Below are positions 45,990 to 56,359 of a stretch of 64,000 bases of DNA, in pieces (the first letter of the stretch is position 1; the number at the start of each line of letters is the position of its first letter). Position numbers and translations under genes: made by a program. The notes under the pieces were generated by a model. It was not told the DNA's origin. It saw only the letters and a list, made by a program, of their open reading frames with translations, and did not search any database. The DNA comes from Nocardioides sp. (GTDB lineage: Bacteria; Actinomycetota; Actinomycetes; Propionibacteriales; Nocardioidaceae): NCBI GenBank assembly GCA_025965335.1, contig JAOPXC010000370.1, positions 2,397 to 66,396 of the forward strand. Reading direction: 5' to 3'.

Positions 45990-47231
45990 GGTGCGACGAA
46001 TGCGGCGGAGCGCTCACCGACCGCACCGAGCTCGTGTACCTGCCGGACCTGGGCTACTTCCACCCCGACTGCCTGCAGCGGTGCCCGTGCGGGATCGACT
46101 GGCCCGCATCAACACTCAAAGACGCATTCGGCGACGTCCTACTGCTGTGCGCCGGCTGCGCCGAAGCCGCAGGTGCCGCATGAACGCCGACGAATACGCC
46201 ACCGCACCACTCGTGTGCCGACTTGGACCGGTCCCGCAGATCCCCCACCGCCACCCGCTGGCTACTCGGTCTGGGATCGAAGCCCTCAGCCAGATCATCG
46301 CCGCCGACCGGCACTGGCGGCCACTGTCAACGCGCTGCAGGGACGCGCTCCGTGCCGCATACCTGCAGGCGTTGCGGGACGCACTTGCCTCCGGGACTAA
46401 TGAGGTGGCGTTGCCGTTGGTTCCCGAGGGGACGCATCCGGCGACGGTGCGGTCTCTGACCCGGCGCGGCCTAGTCGCCGATGGGCGTCTGACAGCGCTG
46501 GCTGTTGAGGTCACGCGTTGGGCGCCGAAAACGCATGGCCGTCCCGTTTCAACCGCGCAACCCGTAGGCGGTGCACTGTGACCGCTGATGAGTACGCCAC
46601 CGCACTGGCCCTGGCGTCCGCGCAGATCGTCGCCGCGCTCACCCTCAACGCCCCACCCCGCACCGACCGGGTCACCGGGCTCATCAACCTGTTAGCCGCA
46701 CAAGTCAACCCAGACACCACGTTGACCGAACGGTTGCGCTGGTGCGAACCGAGCGTGCAGGCGGCCTGTCGGGGTGCGGCGTGATGGTCACTTGGCAGGA
46801 CCCGCCTGACCGAAAGAACCGTGGCATCTGCTGGACCAGCGAATGCAGTGAACTCCGACAAAACCCCGGCAGGTGGGCGCTACTCACCTCTAAGCCAACA
46901 CCCCGGGCTGCTTGGTCAACGGTGTGGGCCATCAACACCGGGCACCTCACCGCGTTCCGGCCGGCCGGGCATTTCGAGGCTTACACCCGGGGCAACGACG
47001 TGTACGCCCGTTACCTCGGCGAAGGGCAACTCCCATGAGCACCTGCAACTGGTGCGACGACATTCACCAGGCCACCAGCGTTGTTTCCGCGTTCTTCGCC
47101 GAACCCGAACGCAATGTCTACGACATGCCCTGCTGCACCGGCTCGTTGCGGGACTGCCGCCAGTTCATGTGGTCGTTGCCCGGGGTCACCCACGTCCAAG
47201 ACGAAGACCTCGAGCAGGAGGCGTCGTGATG

Positions 47232-47402
47232 TCAGTCCTCCGCGAGGAGATGTCTGTACCGGGTTTCGTATCTAACGAGGGCTCTGCGGATGACCTCGGA
47301 CAGGGTTTCGCGTCGGATCCGGGCGATGCGCAGGCACCGGTCCCAGAGGTAGTTGTCCATGGCCACGGTGTGTTGGGGAGTCACGCGCTTGATCGGGGGC
47401 AC
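47232..47402 (-). CDS. Ribbon-helix-helix regulator
   Basis: TPQHTVAMD..LW.......ETLSEVIRRAL..Y; TGCCTA repeats and TGCCTAGGCA palindrome upstream. Confidence 0.65.
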   Translation of the reverse strand: MPPIKRVTPQHTVAMDNYLWDRCLRIARIRRETLSEVIRRALVRYETRYRHLLAED

Positions 47403-47525
47403 CTCCAGACGGTAGCGGCTGCCTATGCATTGCCTCAACCCGAGAGTTGTCGCTGTCATACCCCAAGTGTACCGTGTTGCCTAGGCAGTGCCTATGCGCT
47501 GTGTCTCTCACAGGAAGGAGTTGTG

Positions 47526-47873
47526 GTGCCTGACCTCAGCCCGGCCGCAGCCGCGACAGTCAACAAGCTCGTCGCCATAAACGCCCAGATCAAAGACCTA
47601 ACCGAGGAAGCCGAAGCGCTCAAAGCGCAGCTCCGCAAAGCCCTCGACGTCGGCGAGTACACCGTCAACGGGAAACCCGCACTGTCCGTATCCGAAACCC
47701 GCAAATTTGATGTGACCGTGGCCGCGCTCGTCATCCCCCCCGGGATGCTGCCCGGCGTCCAAATCAACACCATCAGCCGGACCATGGCCCAGGAAATGCT
47801 GCCCCCGGAGCTGTACGCCAAATGTCAAAGCGTCAGCCCCAAACACACCATCCGGATCCTGGGGGACGCGTGA
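47526..47873 (+). CDS. Coiled-coil protein preceding exonuclease
   Basis: AGGAAGGA RBS; IK.L.EE.E.LK.QL helix. Confidence 0.7.
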   Translation: MPDLSPAAAATVNKLVAINAQIKDLTEEAEALKAQLRKALDVGEYTVNGKPALSVSETRKFDVTVAALVIPPGMLPGVQINTISRTMAQEMLPPELYAKCQSVSPKHTIRILGDA

Positions 47874-48700
47874 ACCGCACCCCCGCCGACCTCACCCCCT
47901 GGGCGGGTGACGCCACCGAACGCGGCACCGACCCCGAAACGGTCGGTGAAGCCATCCTCGACGCGTTCGAGGAAGCCATCCTGGCGCACCCACGGTCAGC
48001 GCAAAAGGAAATCGGGCCCTCCGAAATCGGGCACCCCTGCTCGAGGTGGCTCGCCTACCGCCTCGCCGACGTCGCACCGACCGGCCTGGAAAAACCACCA
48101 TGGCGTCAAGCGGTCGGCACCGCCGTGCACTCCGCGTCCGAAGACTGGCTACAAGGGTGGAACGCCAACCACGGGCAGCGGTACCTCACCGACATCCTCG
48201 TCGAAGTTGGGGAGCTCTACCCCGGCCGACCCATCACCGGGCACCTCGACATCCTCGACGTCCCCACCGCAACAATCATCGACCTCAAAGTCCCCGGGCC
48301 GTCGGCGATGAAATCGAACCGGGCCGGCACCCCAGAATCACCCCAGTACCGCATCCAAACCCACCTCTACGGGCGCGGAGCCTGCCGGGCCGGATACCCC
48401 GTCGACACCGTCGCCGTCCTACGGGTGCCCTCAGCCGGTGAACTCGCCGACGCCGTGTTCAAACACGAACCCTACGACGAAACGATCGCCGTCAACGCCC
48501 TCGAACGGGCCGGGGCGATCGCGCAACTCGTCAACGCCGCAGGCCCCGCCGCTGCGGCAGCTTTGCCCACGACGGACCACTACTGCCACCGGTGCACGTG
48601 GTTCTCGCCGGGCTCCACAGATCTCACCCGGGGTTGTCCGGGTGATTCCGGTCGGATCGCCATGACCCGACCGGACCCTCTCAACCAACTCATCGCATGA
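47870..48700 (+). CDS. Cas4/RecB-like PD-(D/E)XK exonuclease
   Basis: IGPSEIG.PC.R, GTAVH, G.LD, IIDLK, Q..LY, C..C.W...C Fe-S-type cysteines. Confidence 0.85.
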   Translation: MNRTPADLTPWAGDATERGTDPETVGEAILDAFEEAILAHPRSAQKEIGPSEIGHPCSRWLAYRLADVAPTGLEKPPWRQAVGTAVHSASEDWLQGWNANHGQRYLTDILVEVGELYPGRPITGHLDILDVPTATIIDLKVPGPSAMKSNRAGTPESPQYRIQTHLYGRGACRAGYPVDTVAVLRVPSAGELADAVFKHEPYDETIAVNALERAGAIAQLVNAAGPAAAAALPTTDHYCHRCTWFSPGSTDLTRGCPGDSGRIAMTRPDPLNQLIA

Positions 48701-48722
48701 GTCCACGAAAAGGAAGAACAGC

Positions 48723-49313
48723 ATGAGCATCACCCCAGAGCAGTTCCTCATGGGCGGCGGCGGAGCACCCGGCGCCAAGTTCAAAACCCTCGGCGACACC
48801 GTCACCGGCCAGGTTTTGGACTACGAGATGCGGCAGCAGACCGACCTCGAGACCAACTCCCTCAAGACGTGGGACGACGGCCGGCCGATGATGCAGCTGG
48901 TTGTCACCCTGCAGACCACCGACCGTGACCCCAGCTTCGAAGACGACGACGGGAAGCGCCGCGTCTACATCAAGGGGCTCCTGCAGCAGGCCGTCCGCGA
49001 CGCCATCAAGGCGGCCGGCGGTAAGAAGCTCGAGGTCGGCGGCACTCTCACCGTCCGCTACATCGGCGACGAAGCCCCGAAGCGGCGCGGGGTGTCCGGG
49101 GCGAAAATCTACCAGGCGCACTGGCAGCCAGGGGCGGACGTGTTCCTCAGCGGCCCCACCGCAGCACCGGTGTCCGCGCCGGTAGCGGCTGCACCGGCCG
49201 CTCCTGTTGCGGCCGTGCCAGCACAGGCGACACAGCCCGACCCGCAGGCCCTCGCGGCTGCTCTCGCCCAGCTCACCCCCGAGCAGCGCCAAATGATGGG
49301 GCTACCCGTCTAA
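48723..49313 (+). CDS. Single-stranded DNA-binding protein (putative)
   Basis: KF...GD.V.G, WDDG.P..Q.VV.LQT, DDG.R..Y.KG motifs; Ala/Pro tail. Confidence 0.7.
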   Translation: MSITPEQFLMGGGGAPGAKFKTLGDTVTGQVLDYEMRQQTDLETNSLKTWDDGRPMMQLVVTLQTTDRDPSFEDDDGKRRVYIKGLLQQAVRDAIKAAGGKKLEVGGTLTVRYIGDEAPKRRGVSGAKIYQAHWQPGADVFLSGPTAAPVSAPVAAAPAAPVAAVPAQATQPDPQALAAALAQLTPEQRQMMGLPV

Positions 49314-49494
49314 CAGCACCAAGTAGCCCTGCACCAGCGGCACCCGGGGTGCGAGCCCCCGGCAGGGCACTGCCCACCAAAACAGCAGCTCCCCACTGCG
49401 ACCAACCGAGGCAGGCCGGCGTGAACGCGTACCCCACCCACCGCACCCCGACGGTGGGCATCCAAACGGCCAACCCCCCGGCCGGTGATGCCAC

Positions 49495-51621
49495 ATGAAC
49501 GACGCAACCCCCTACCGCGACGCGTGGGAGGCGTACCGATCCGTCGGCTGGGTCGGGATCCTCCCACTCCCACCACGCAAAAAAATGCCACCTCCGGAGG
49601 GGTGGACTGGGCACAGCGGGAAATGGCCGTCCTACCCCGACCTGCACGCCTGGGCCGAAGCCCGCGAAGGGCGCGGCAACATCGGGCTGCGTCTACCCCA
49701 CGACGTCGTGGGGGTCGACGTCGACAACTACGGCACCAAACACGGTGGTGACACCGTTGCCAAAGCGGAAGAGAAGTGGGGGCCGCTGCCGGCGACGTGG
49801 CGCACCACTAGCCGCGACGACGGCGTCTCCGGGATCCGCCTGTACACGGTGCCCGAGGGTTTGGCGTGGCCAGGGGAGCTGGGCGCCGACACCGAAATCA
49901 TCCAGTACGGGCACCGGTACGCCGTCGTCTGGCCCTCCGTGCACCCCGAAGGACGCACCTACCGGTGGATCAACCCCGAAGGGGCCACCTCCACCGTCAT
50001 CCCCCGGCTGGAAGACCTCGCCGAGCTCCCCGAAGCATGGATTGTGGGGCTCACCGCCGGCGAGATGGAACAGCATCACCCCAAAGCGGAACTGTCCGTC
50101 GACCAAACCCAAGCGTGGCTGCTGTCGGCGAACCGGGCCGGGACCTGCCGTCGCACCGACGCCGCACTCAACGCCGCACTCAAAGGGTTCGGCGAACCGG
50201 GCAGCATCCACACTTTGGTCAACAAGCACATTCTGCGGTTGGTGCGGTTCGCGCAACAAGGACACCGGGGCCTGCTATCTGCCCTTGAGGAACTCCACAA
50301 ACGGTTCATCCACACAGCCCTGAACCACCCCGACCCGACGCACCGCCGCGACCAGCGCGACGCCGAAGGGGAGTGGACCCGAGGGCTCAGGGGTGCGGTG
50401 GGGCTCGTCGTCGCACAACCCGGAGTAGGTAGCCACGTCGATGGGTGCCCCTGCGAAGACGAACTCCTCGGCCTCGTCGCCAGCCCCACAGCCGTTGCGG
50501 GGAACAACGCTCTCGCCCCGGTCACCGTCAGCCTTCCGGCCCCCGACGACGACGAGCAGGACGACCGCACCTCCTGGTACCCCCGCGACCTCGGTCCCGT
50601 CATCACCGGCGGCGCTGGTGAACCACCCCCGACAGTGTTGGCCCGCGATGACGGGAACTGCCTGTTCTACCCCGGCAAGGTCAACGGGCTACTCGGCGAA
50701 TCTGAATCGGGCAAAACGTGGGTGGTGCTCCTCGCCGTGGTGCAGCAGCTCGAGCAGCTGCGCAAGGTGCTGTACATCGACTGTGAGGACACCGCCAGCG
50801 GGCTCGTTGCCCGGCTGCAAACCCTGGGCGCGAAGAACAAGGCCATCCTCGACCTGTTCACCTACATCAGCCCTGAGGAGTCGCTACACACCCTCGCGTC
50901 AGCCGACCTTACCGAGACCCTCGACCTGAACAGTTACAGCCTCATCGTCCTCGACGGGGTCAACGCGGGCATGACCATGCTCGGTCTCGAGCTGGAGTCG
51001 AACACTGACGCCACGAAGTTCGCTCAAGTGCTGCTACGACCGCTGTCCCGGACTGGTGCCGCTGTGGTCACCATCGATCACGTCCCGAAGTCCAAGGAGG
51101 CCCGAGGTAAGGGTGGGATCGGGGCGCAGGCGAAGCGGGCCATGGTCACCGGGTGCGCGCTCAGTGTGGACGTTGTTGCCGCGTTCGGGCGGGGTACCAC
51201 GGGGAAGCTGAAGCTGACTGTCGACAAGGACCGCCCTGGGCATGTGCGTGGGTTCTCCGCGTTCGCTAAGGACGCCGGCACCGCTGTGTTGGAGTCTGAC
51301 GCGGTCACCGGGGATGTGGCTGTCCGGGTTGAGGCACCTGATTTGCGGCCGGCTGGGGAACGTGAACTTTTTAGGCCAACATTTGTTATGGCCCGCATTT
51401 CCCAGTTCCTTGCCAGCACTAATGGGGAGTTGTCGCAGCGGGCCATCGAGGAGGCCGTTGAGGGTAAGTCGACGGTGATCCGGTCAGCGCTGGACCACCT
51501 CGTCACCGGGGGGTACGTGAGCCGGCACCCCGGGGCGCGTAACGCTGTGATGCACCGGCATGAGCATCTGTACCGCGAGCTGAACGACCTCGCTGAGGGG
51601 GCCGAAAACGATGGTTCTTAG
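49495..51621 (+). CDS. Bifunctional primase-polymerase fused to RecA-like (AAA_25) helicase
   Basis: K.PP..G.TG, NIG.R, G.DVD; Walker A GESESGKTW, YID.ED, IVLDG, DH..K, KDRPG. Confidence 0.9.
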   Translation: MNDATPYRDAWEAYRSVGWVGILPLPPRKKMPPPEGWTGHSGKWPSYPDLHAWAEAREGRGNIGLRLPHDVVGVDVDNYGTKHGGDTVAKAEEKWGPLPATWRTTSRDDGVSGIRLYTVPEGLAWPGELGADTEIIQYGHRYAVVWPSVHPEGRTYRWINPEGATSTVIPRLEDLAELPEAWIVGLTAGEMEQHHPKAELSVDQTQAWLLSANRAGTCRRTDAALNAALKGFGEPGSIHTLVNKHILRLVRFAQQGHRGLLSALEELHKRFIHTALNHPDPTHRRDQRDAEGEWTRGLRGAVGLVVAQPGVGSHVDGCPCEDELLGLVASPTAVAGNNALAPVTVSLPAPDDDEQDDRTSWYPRDLGPVITGGAGEPPPTVLARDDGNCLFYPGKVNGLLGESESGKTWVVLLAVVQQLEQLRKVLYIDCEDTASGLVARLQTLGAKNKAILDLFTYISPEESLHTLASADLTETLDLNSYSLIVLDGVNAGMTMLGLELESNTDATKFAQVLLRPLSRTGAAVVTIDHVPKSKEARGKGGIGAQAKRAMVTGCALSVDVVAAFGRGTTGKLKLTVDKDRPGHVRGFSAFAKDAGTAVLESDAVTGDVAVRVEAPDLRPAGERELFRPTFVMARISQFLASTNGELSQRAIEEAVEGKSTVIRSALDHLVTGGYVSRHPGARNAVMHRHEHLYRELNDLAEGAENDGS

Positions 51622-51636
51622 GTTCACCTTAGTTGA

Positions 51637-51815
51637 GTGCGTCCCAGTGCGTCCCAGTGCGTCCCGGGACGCGGTGCCTAGCGTTCTGCAACGAGTGCGT
51701 CCCTCCCCCCCCCTCCCTACGGGGGGGACGCACTCGTGGGACGCGGTGGGGTCGGGACGCAGACGGCTGTTTCAAGGCCAAGGGACGCACTCGTTGGGGA
51801 CGCACTCAAGGACGC
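51637..51815. repeat. Iteron array, probable replication origin
   Basis: GTGCGTCCC at 51637, 51647, 51657, 51695 and inverted GGGACGC(AC) at 51666, 51725, 51738, 51754, 51782, 51797; central C-run/G-run hairpin. Confidence 0.8.
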
Positions 51816-51822
51816 GATTCTG

Positions 51823-52248
51823 ATGGCTATCCCCGCCTGGCTGCAGGCGCACCTCGAGAACATCGGGCAAGCCAACCCTGACGGGGTCAGCCGCGCCGCG
51901 AGGGCCACCCGCTGCCGGCAGTGCCGCGCCCACATCCTCACCGCGCTCGACGGAGACGTCGCCGCAATGCCCACCAGAGTCACCAACCAGGAAATCGACG
52001 AAATGGGCGAATTCCTCGCCATCAGCCTCGGCATCCCCACCTACACACTTCGCCGAGCCGGCCACGCAACAAAAGGGGCTGTGTGGCATATCGACGGCCG
52101 CAACCAATCAGAAATAAAAGGACCACGCAGATACGCGGTAATGGCGCAACACCAATGCGGGGTGCACCTCCCCCCGGCGGTGCGCCCGGTGCTGCCCGAC
52201 GCCGCACCCACCCGCGCACCCGCCGACCCGATGACCCCGCCGTTCTGA
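51823..52248 (+). CDS. Zn-binding hypothetical protein
   Basis: C..C ... H.C, ends PPF. Confidence 0.7.
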   Translation: MAIPAWLQAHLENIGQANPDGVSRAARATRCRQCRAHILTALDGDVAAMPTRVTNQEIDEMGEFLAISLGIPTYTLRRAGHATKGAVWHIDGRNQSEIKGPRRYAVMAQHQCGVHLPPAVRPVLPDAAPTRAPADPMTPPF

Positions 52249-52258
52249 GGAGACACCG

Positions 52259-52639
52259 ATGACCAACCCGAACAAACGCAAAGGTGATCAGGCGGAGCGG
52301 GCCGTCCAAGCCGCCCTACACAAGCTCGGGTTCCCGTGGTGCGAGAAAACCCGCGCCGGCTACGCCCGTGATGCCGGGGACCTGCATTTGGTTCCTGGGC
52401 CGGCGGCGATCGCCCAGGTGAAGAACGTTCGCACCCCCCGCTGGGCCGAGTGGCTCGAAGGTCTTGACGCGCAGATTGATGAGGCGAAGGCCGACGTCGG
52501 GTTTTTGGTGTGGAAGCGGGTCGGGATCGGTGACACCCGGGCGAACGAGTGGCTTGCGGTGATGACGTTGGAGCAGATGGCGATGTTGCTGCGCCGCGCC
52601 GGCTACGGGCACCCCGTGGATGAGGAAGAGGTGGCCTGA
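52259..52639 (+). CDS. Holliday junction resolvase (Hjc-like PD-(D/E)XK)
   Basis: N.NKRKG..AER, D.GDL, QVKN motifs. Confidence 0.85.
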   Translation: MTNPNKRKGDQAERAVQAALHKLGFPWCEKTRAGYARDAGDLHLVPGPAAIAQVKNVRTPRWAEWLEGLDAQIDEAKADVGFLVWKRVGIGDTRANEWLAVMTLEQMAMLLRRAGYGHPVDEEEVA

Positions 52640-53031
52640 ATGTCTGTCGACCCGTTCAACTCCGGCAGCAGCTGCACCCTGGACTCGATCACCGAGCCGG
52701 ACCGGCAACGCCGCGCCGCCCTCGCGGTGATGCACAAGTTCACCGGCACTGAGGACATGTGGCTGGTGCTGTCCACGTTGGGCTTGGACCGGGTGGCCGA
52801 GGAGTTGCTCGTCAGACGCGCCCTGAGGCTCTCTGACACCGATCCCCTACCCGCGACACCTCCGGCGCCTGAAAGTGCCGTAGCGGACGAACCAGGCCTG
52901 TTTAGCCGGGTGATCTGGTGCGGGTCCGGCGACCACATGCTGCCCGGGGGCCGGGGTGAGTGCATGCCGTGCCGCAAACGACGGCGACTTGCTCGAGCCG
53001 CGCGGAAGCTCGTGCGTCTGGAGGCGGCGTC

Positions 53032-53451
53032 GTGAGCGACCCTGTCCGGGACCGCGCCGCCCAAGCCGCACGCGATGCTGTAGCTCGTTGGCGAAGCGGC
53101 CCCGACAGCGAGTACTACGGCGCGATTGTCGATGCGGTAGCCGAGGTGCTAGCCGCCGAACCTGCTCTGCGCGCCGGTGATCAGGTCCAGATCCACGACG
53201 CCGATAGCCGGCGCCCCGCGTCGGTCAAGTTGCTCGGGAACCTGGCCGGACCGCTCGTCGTGGTGCCCGACTCCGCCGAGCGGGACGCGCTCAAGGCCCG
53301 TGTGGAGCAGCTAACCGCCGCGCTGTTCGAACTCACCGCTACCGCTGACCGCGTAATCCACCGCGAAGGCAACCATGGGGTGACCTGGATGGGGCTACTG
53401 ACTAACAAGGTCGCCGAGTCTCGTGCGGTGCTGGCAGAGGCGGCGAAGTGA
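53032..53451 (+). CDS. Hypothetical protein, paralogue of 31719..32153
   Basis: Shared VRDRAAQAA, VDAVAEVLA, LRAGD.VQI.DA, GNLAGPLVV.P, DALKARV. Confidence 0.75.
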   Translation: MSDPVRDRAAQAARDAVARWRSGPDSEYYGAIVDAVAEVLAAEPALRAGDQVQIHDADSRRPASVKLLGNLAGPLVVVPDSAERDALKARVEQLTAALFELTATADRVIHREGNHGVTWMGLLTNKVAESRAVLAEAAK

Positions 53452-53623
53452 CCGCGCCGACGCTCGAAGAGGTCGACCTCGCCCGTGACCCCGGGCATCG
53501 CCCGTTCTGCTGGTGTCACAACCACGCCGACGCGGACGGCGTATTCCACTGGACCGCTGAGCTGCCCGCGCTGCGGTTCCCACTCGACGACACAGCCGTT
53601 GAGGCCCGACCGAGCGAGGCGGC

Positions 53624-53974
53624 ATGAGTACCGGGATGCCGGCGGGGATCTGGCTGCACAAGTTTGGGTCCGTCGTCGTCGACTACTTCGGCCACACGCC
53701 CTACCAGGTTGGGTCGTCCCTAACGGGCAAGGACTGGCGTGACATCGATGTGCGCCTGATTCTCCCGGACGACGAGTTCACTGCCAGGTTCGGAGAGATC
53801 GAAAGTCCCGAGGTGAATCCGAAGCTGGGCGCGATCACGTTAGCGTTCTCCGCCCTCGGCGCGCACATGACGGGGTTGCCGATCGACTTCCAGATCCAAA
53901 CCGAGTCGCACGCTAACGGGCGCTACGGCGACCAGAGTCGCAGCGCTCTCGTCGAATACCGGGAGTCATCATGA
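53624..53974 (+). CDS. Minimal nucleotidyltransferase-fold protein
   Basis: Y.VGS.....RDIDVR...IDFQ (GS-x-DxD...D). Confidence 0.7.
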   Translation: MSTGMPAGIWLHKFGSVVVDYFGHTPYQVGSSLTGKDWRDIDVRLILPDDEFTARFGEIESPEVNPKLGAITLAFSALGAHMTGLPIDFQIQTESHANGRYGDQSRSALVEYRESS

Positions 53975-54910
53975 CCACGATGTGGGACACCGCCGATGCG
54001 ATCCGCGCTATCGACCGCCTGCAGGTGGAGGAGTGTGTGCTGTCGTGTTGGTGCCGTAACGGCTACTCGGCTATGGCCGCACAGCATTCGAGGTACACGT
54101 GGGCTCCGGGCGACACGATCGTGCGGTTCCCACTCGAGGGGGAGACGCCGTGAACATGGACGGAATGACACCGGGTTCGATGAAGTTCAGCGGATTCACA
54201 ACACGGCGACCCAAGGTCACGTGGGCGGTCGCTGACGAGGGCATGCCGTTGGGTCAGCAGTGGGTGGTGCGCGCCGACGATGACGTGCCAGCGCTGCGAG
54301 GGATCACGGACATCCCGGCCCATGAATTCGTTGTGATCATGAACCCGGCTGATCCGGACTGGCTGACGTTGCTCGACGGCACCCCGTGACCGCGCACCGG
54401 GTCCGCATCCGTGGCCTGCGCATCCACCACGGCTGGTACTGGCAGGCGTCCTGTGCGGTGTGTGGTCCGCATCAGGCCGGCGCCCGGGTGTGGGCGGATC
54501 TTGTGGAGTGGGCTGTGGCGCACTACGTGAACAGGAGGACGGGATCATGAGCTGGGCTGATGGTGGAATCCTCGCGTTCTGGATCACCTGGGGCGTGGCG
54601 ATCGGATGCCTCCCGCTGTTCATCGGGGGACGCCGATGACCCCCCTCAAGCTCCTTGCCATCGCCGTCGCCACCCTCCCCATCACCCTGCCCCTCATCGG
54701 CTGGCTCATCACCCTGCGCGACCCGCCCCGGCACAGCAGCGAACGCCAAGCCGCGATGGCCCGGCACCCGTCCGCGCGGGTGAGAAGCCGGGCGATGTTC
54801 AAAGCCCCGTGCTGCGGGGCGGTCCTGATCGGGGCGGACCCGATTGACCTGGTCGCGGTGACGTTGCACCACGAATCGACTTGTTTGCGAAATGAAACGG
54901 AGAACGCGGC

Positions 54911-55237
54911 GTGAGCGAACTTGAGCACGTCATCGTCGACATCGAGTGGCGCGGTCAACCTAAACGGGAGATCAGATCAGGTACCCGGTATACGGTGCTG
55001 ATCAAAGCGCTCATTCTGGAAATGAACCCAAAAGCCCAGTTCAGTTTCGACGACACGGACTCGACTGTTCCGAGGATTCTGCTTAGCCCGGACGAGGATA
55101 TGTGGCAGTTCGCGCTGGACTGCGCTACCGCGATCGGCATGAGCCTTGGCGTCGACGGAGACCTGTACTGGTTGCGGAGGATTCATACCTTGCCGAGGTG
55201 GCCTGAGCTCGGTTCACCCCCGAAGGGGATCGCCTGA
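54911..55237 (+). CDS. Hypothetical protein (lower GC)
   Basis: GTGA overlap, 108 aa. Confidence 0.6.
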   Translation: MSELEHVIVDIEWRGQPKREIRSGTRYTVLIKALILEMNPKAQFSFDDTDSTVPRILLSPDEDMWQFALDCATAIGMSLGVDGDLYWLRRIHTLPRWPELGSPPKGIA

Positions 55238-55365
55238 CTGGTGTCCCGTCGACCCGAGGAAGTCGACGGGATTTCAAACCAGCCGTACCGAACTGACAAG
55301 ACGACCACCCACTGTGCTGGGGAGATGACCGCCGCCGCGAAGTCTAAACCGAAGGCGGACGCACA

Positions 55366-56172
55366 GTGAACGAGACCCTCTGTACGGCACCCACCTGCCA
55401 CACCCCGGTCCACGGCACCTACCTGTGCGGAGACTGCGTGAAAGTCCTCAAAACCGACCTCGGTGTCGCCCTATGGCTATGGGACGAACTCGAAGTCACC
55501 CAAACCCGGCAGGCCAGGATCGGAAAAGACCGAGTCGGAGGAAAGAGCTCGGACACCCCGCTGCCGTGGCACGAATCCGCATCACGGGCACGGGACATGC
55601 TCCACAACACCGTGTTCACCTGGGCCACAGCTGTAGACCGTGTCGCCGACCGGCACATCGAACCATCCCGAGTGAAACCAACCCTCGAGTGGCTCATTAG
55701 CGAGGTGACCGCTGTGGGCCGGCTCGAGAACGCCGGCCGTATTGCCCGCGCATTCGAAGGGGTCACCCAGCACTGCCTCAAAGTCATCGACCACCCGGTC
55801 GACATGATGTTCGCGGGCCGCTGCACCCTGGACAAGAACGACGAGGACGGTTGCGACGCCGACCTGTTCGCGCCACTCAAGGCCGCGACGGTCGACTGCT
55901 GGCAGTGCGGCGACCAGTGGGACATGGAATCGCGCCGAGCTCAAATGCTGGCCATGGCCATGGACTGGGTCGACACCGCCGCCAAACTGGAGAAGCTGTT
56001 CCTGATGGTCGGACACAAGATCCCGGCCGGCACCATCCGCTACTGGGCATCCGAAGGCCGCCTCCTGCCGGTGTCCATCCTGGCCGGCGACCAACCCACC
56101 TACGCGGTCCGCGCGGTACTCAAACTGAAGTACGGCGAGACCGCTGTCATCGAACTCGCCCAGGCCTGTTGA
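55366..56172 (+). CDS. Putative late-gene regulator (Zn motifs plus C-terminal HTH)
   Basis: C...C.....LC..C, G.C...C...C..CG, TIR.WA..GRL; last gene of replication arm. Confidence 0.7.
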   Translation: MNETLCTAPTCHTPVHGTYLCGDCVKVLKTDLGVALWLWDELEVTQTRQARIGKDRVGGKSSDTPLPWHESASRARDMLHNTVFTWATAVDRVADRHIEPSRVKPTLEWLISEVTAVGRLENAGRIARAFEGVTQHCLKVIDHPVDMMFAGRCTLDKNDEDGCDADLFAPLKAATVDCWQCGDQWDMESRRAQMLAMAMDWVDTAAKLEKLFLMVGHKIPAGTIRYWASEGRLLPVSILAGDQPTYAVRAVLKLKYGETAVIELAQAC

Positions 56173-56300
56173 CACCCGCCGAAATCTGTGAGTTGACAAC
56201 GAGGCGAAGATCGCCAACACTACGTACACAGCAGCACAACTATCTGCTGATGTTGAACGTGTCCCCTGGTTGACGCTCGAGTAATCGCTCCCGGGGAACG

Positions 56301-56335
56301 GCCCCGCCAATCACACACGGTTGGCGGGGCTTTTT
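56301..56335 (+). terminator. Intrinsic terminator
   Basis: GCCCCGCCAA-N10-TTGGCGGGGC followed by TTTTT. Confidence 0.85.
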
Positions 56336-56359
56336 CTTGTCCAACCCCGGGGACAAACC

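Larger units (their letters stand above)
41076..47229 (+). other. Dense cluster of about 25 small rightward early genes
   Basis: Chain of short ORFs with ATGA/GTGA overlaps, many Cys-rich or ending in ..AA*. Confidence 0.7.
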
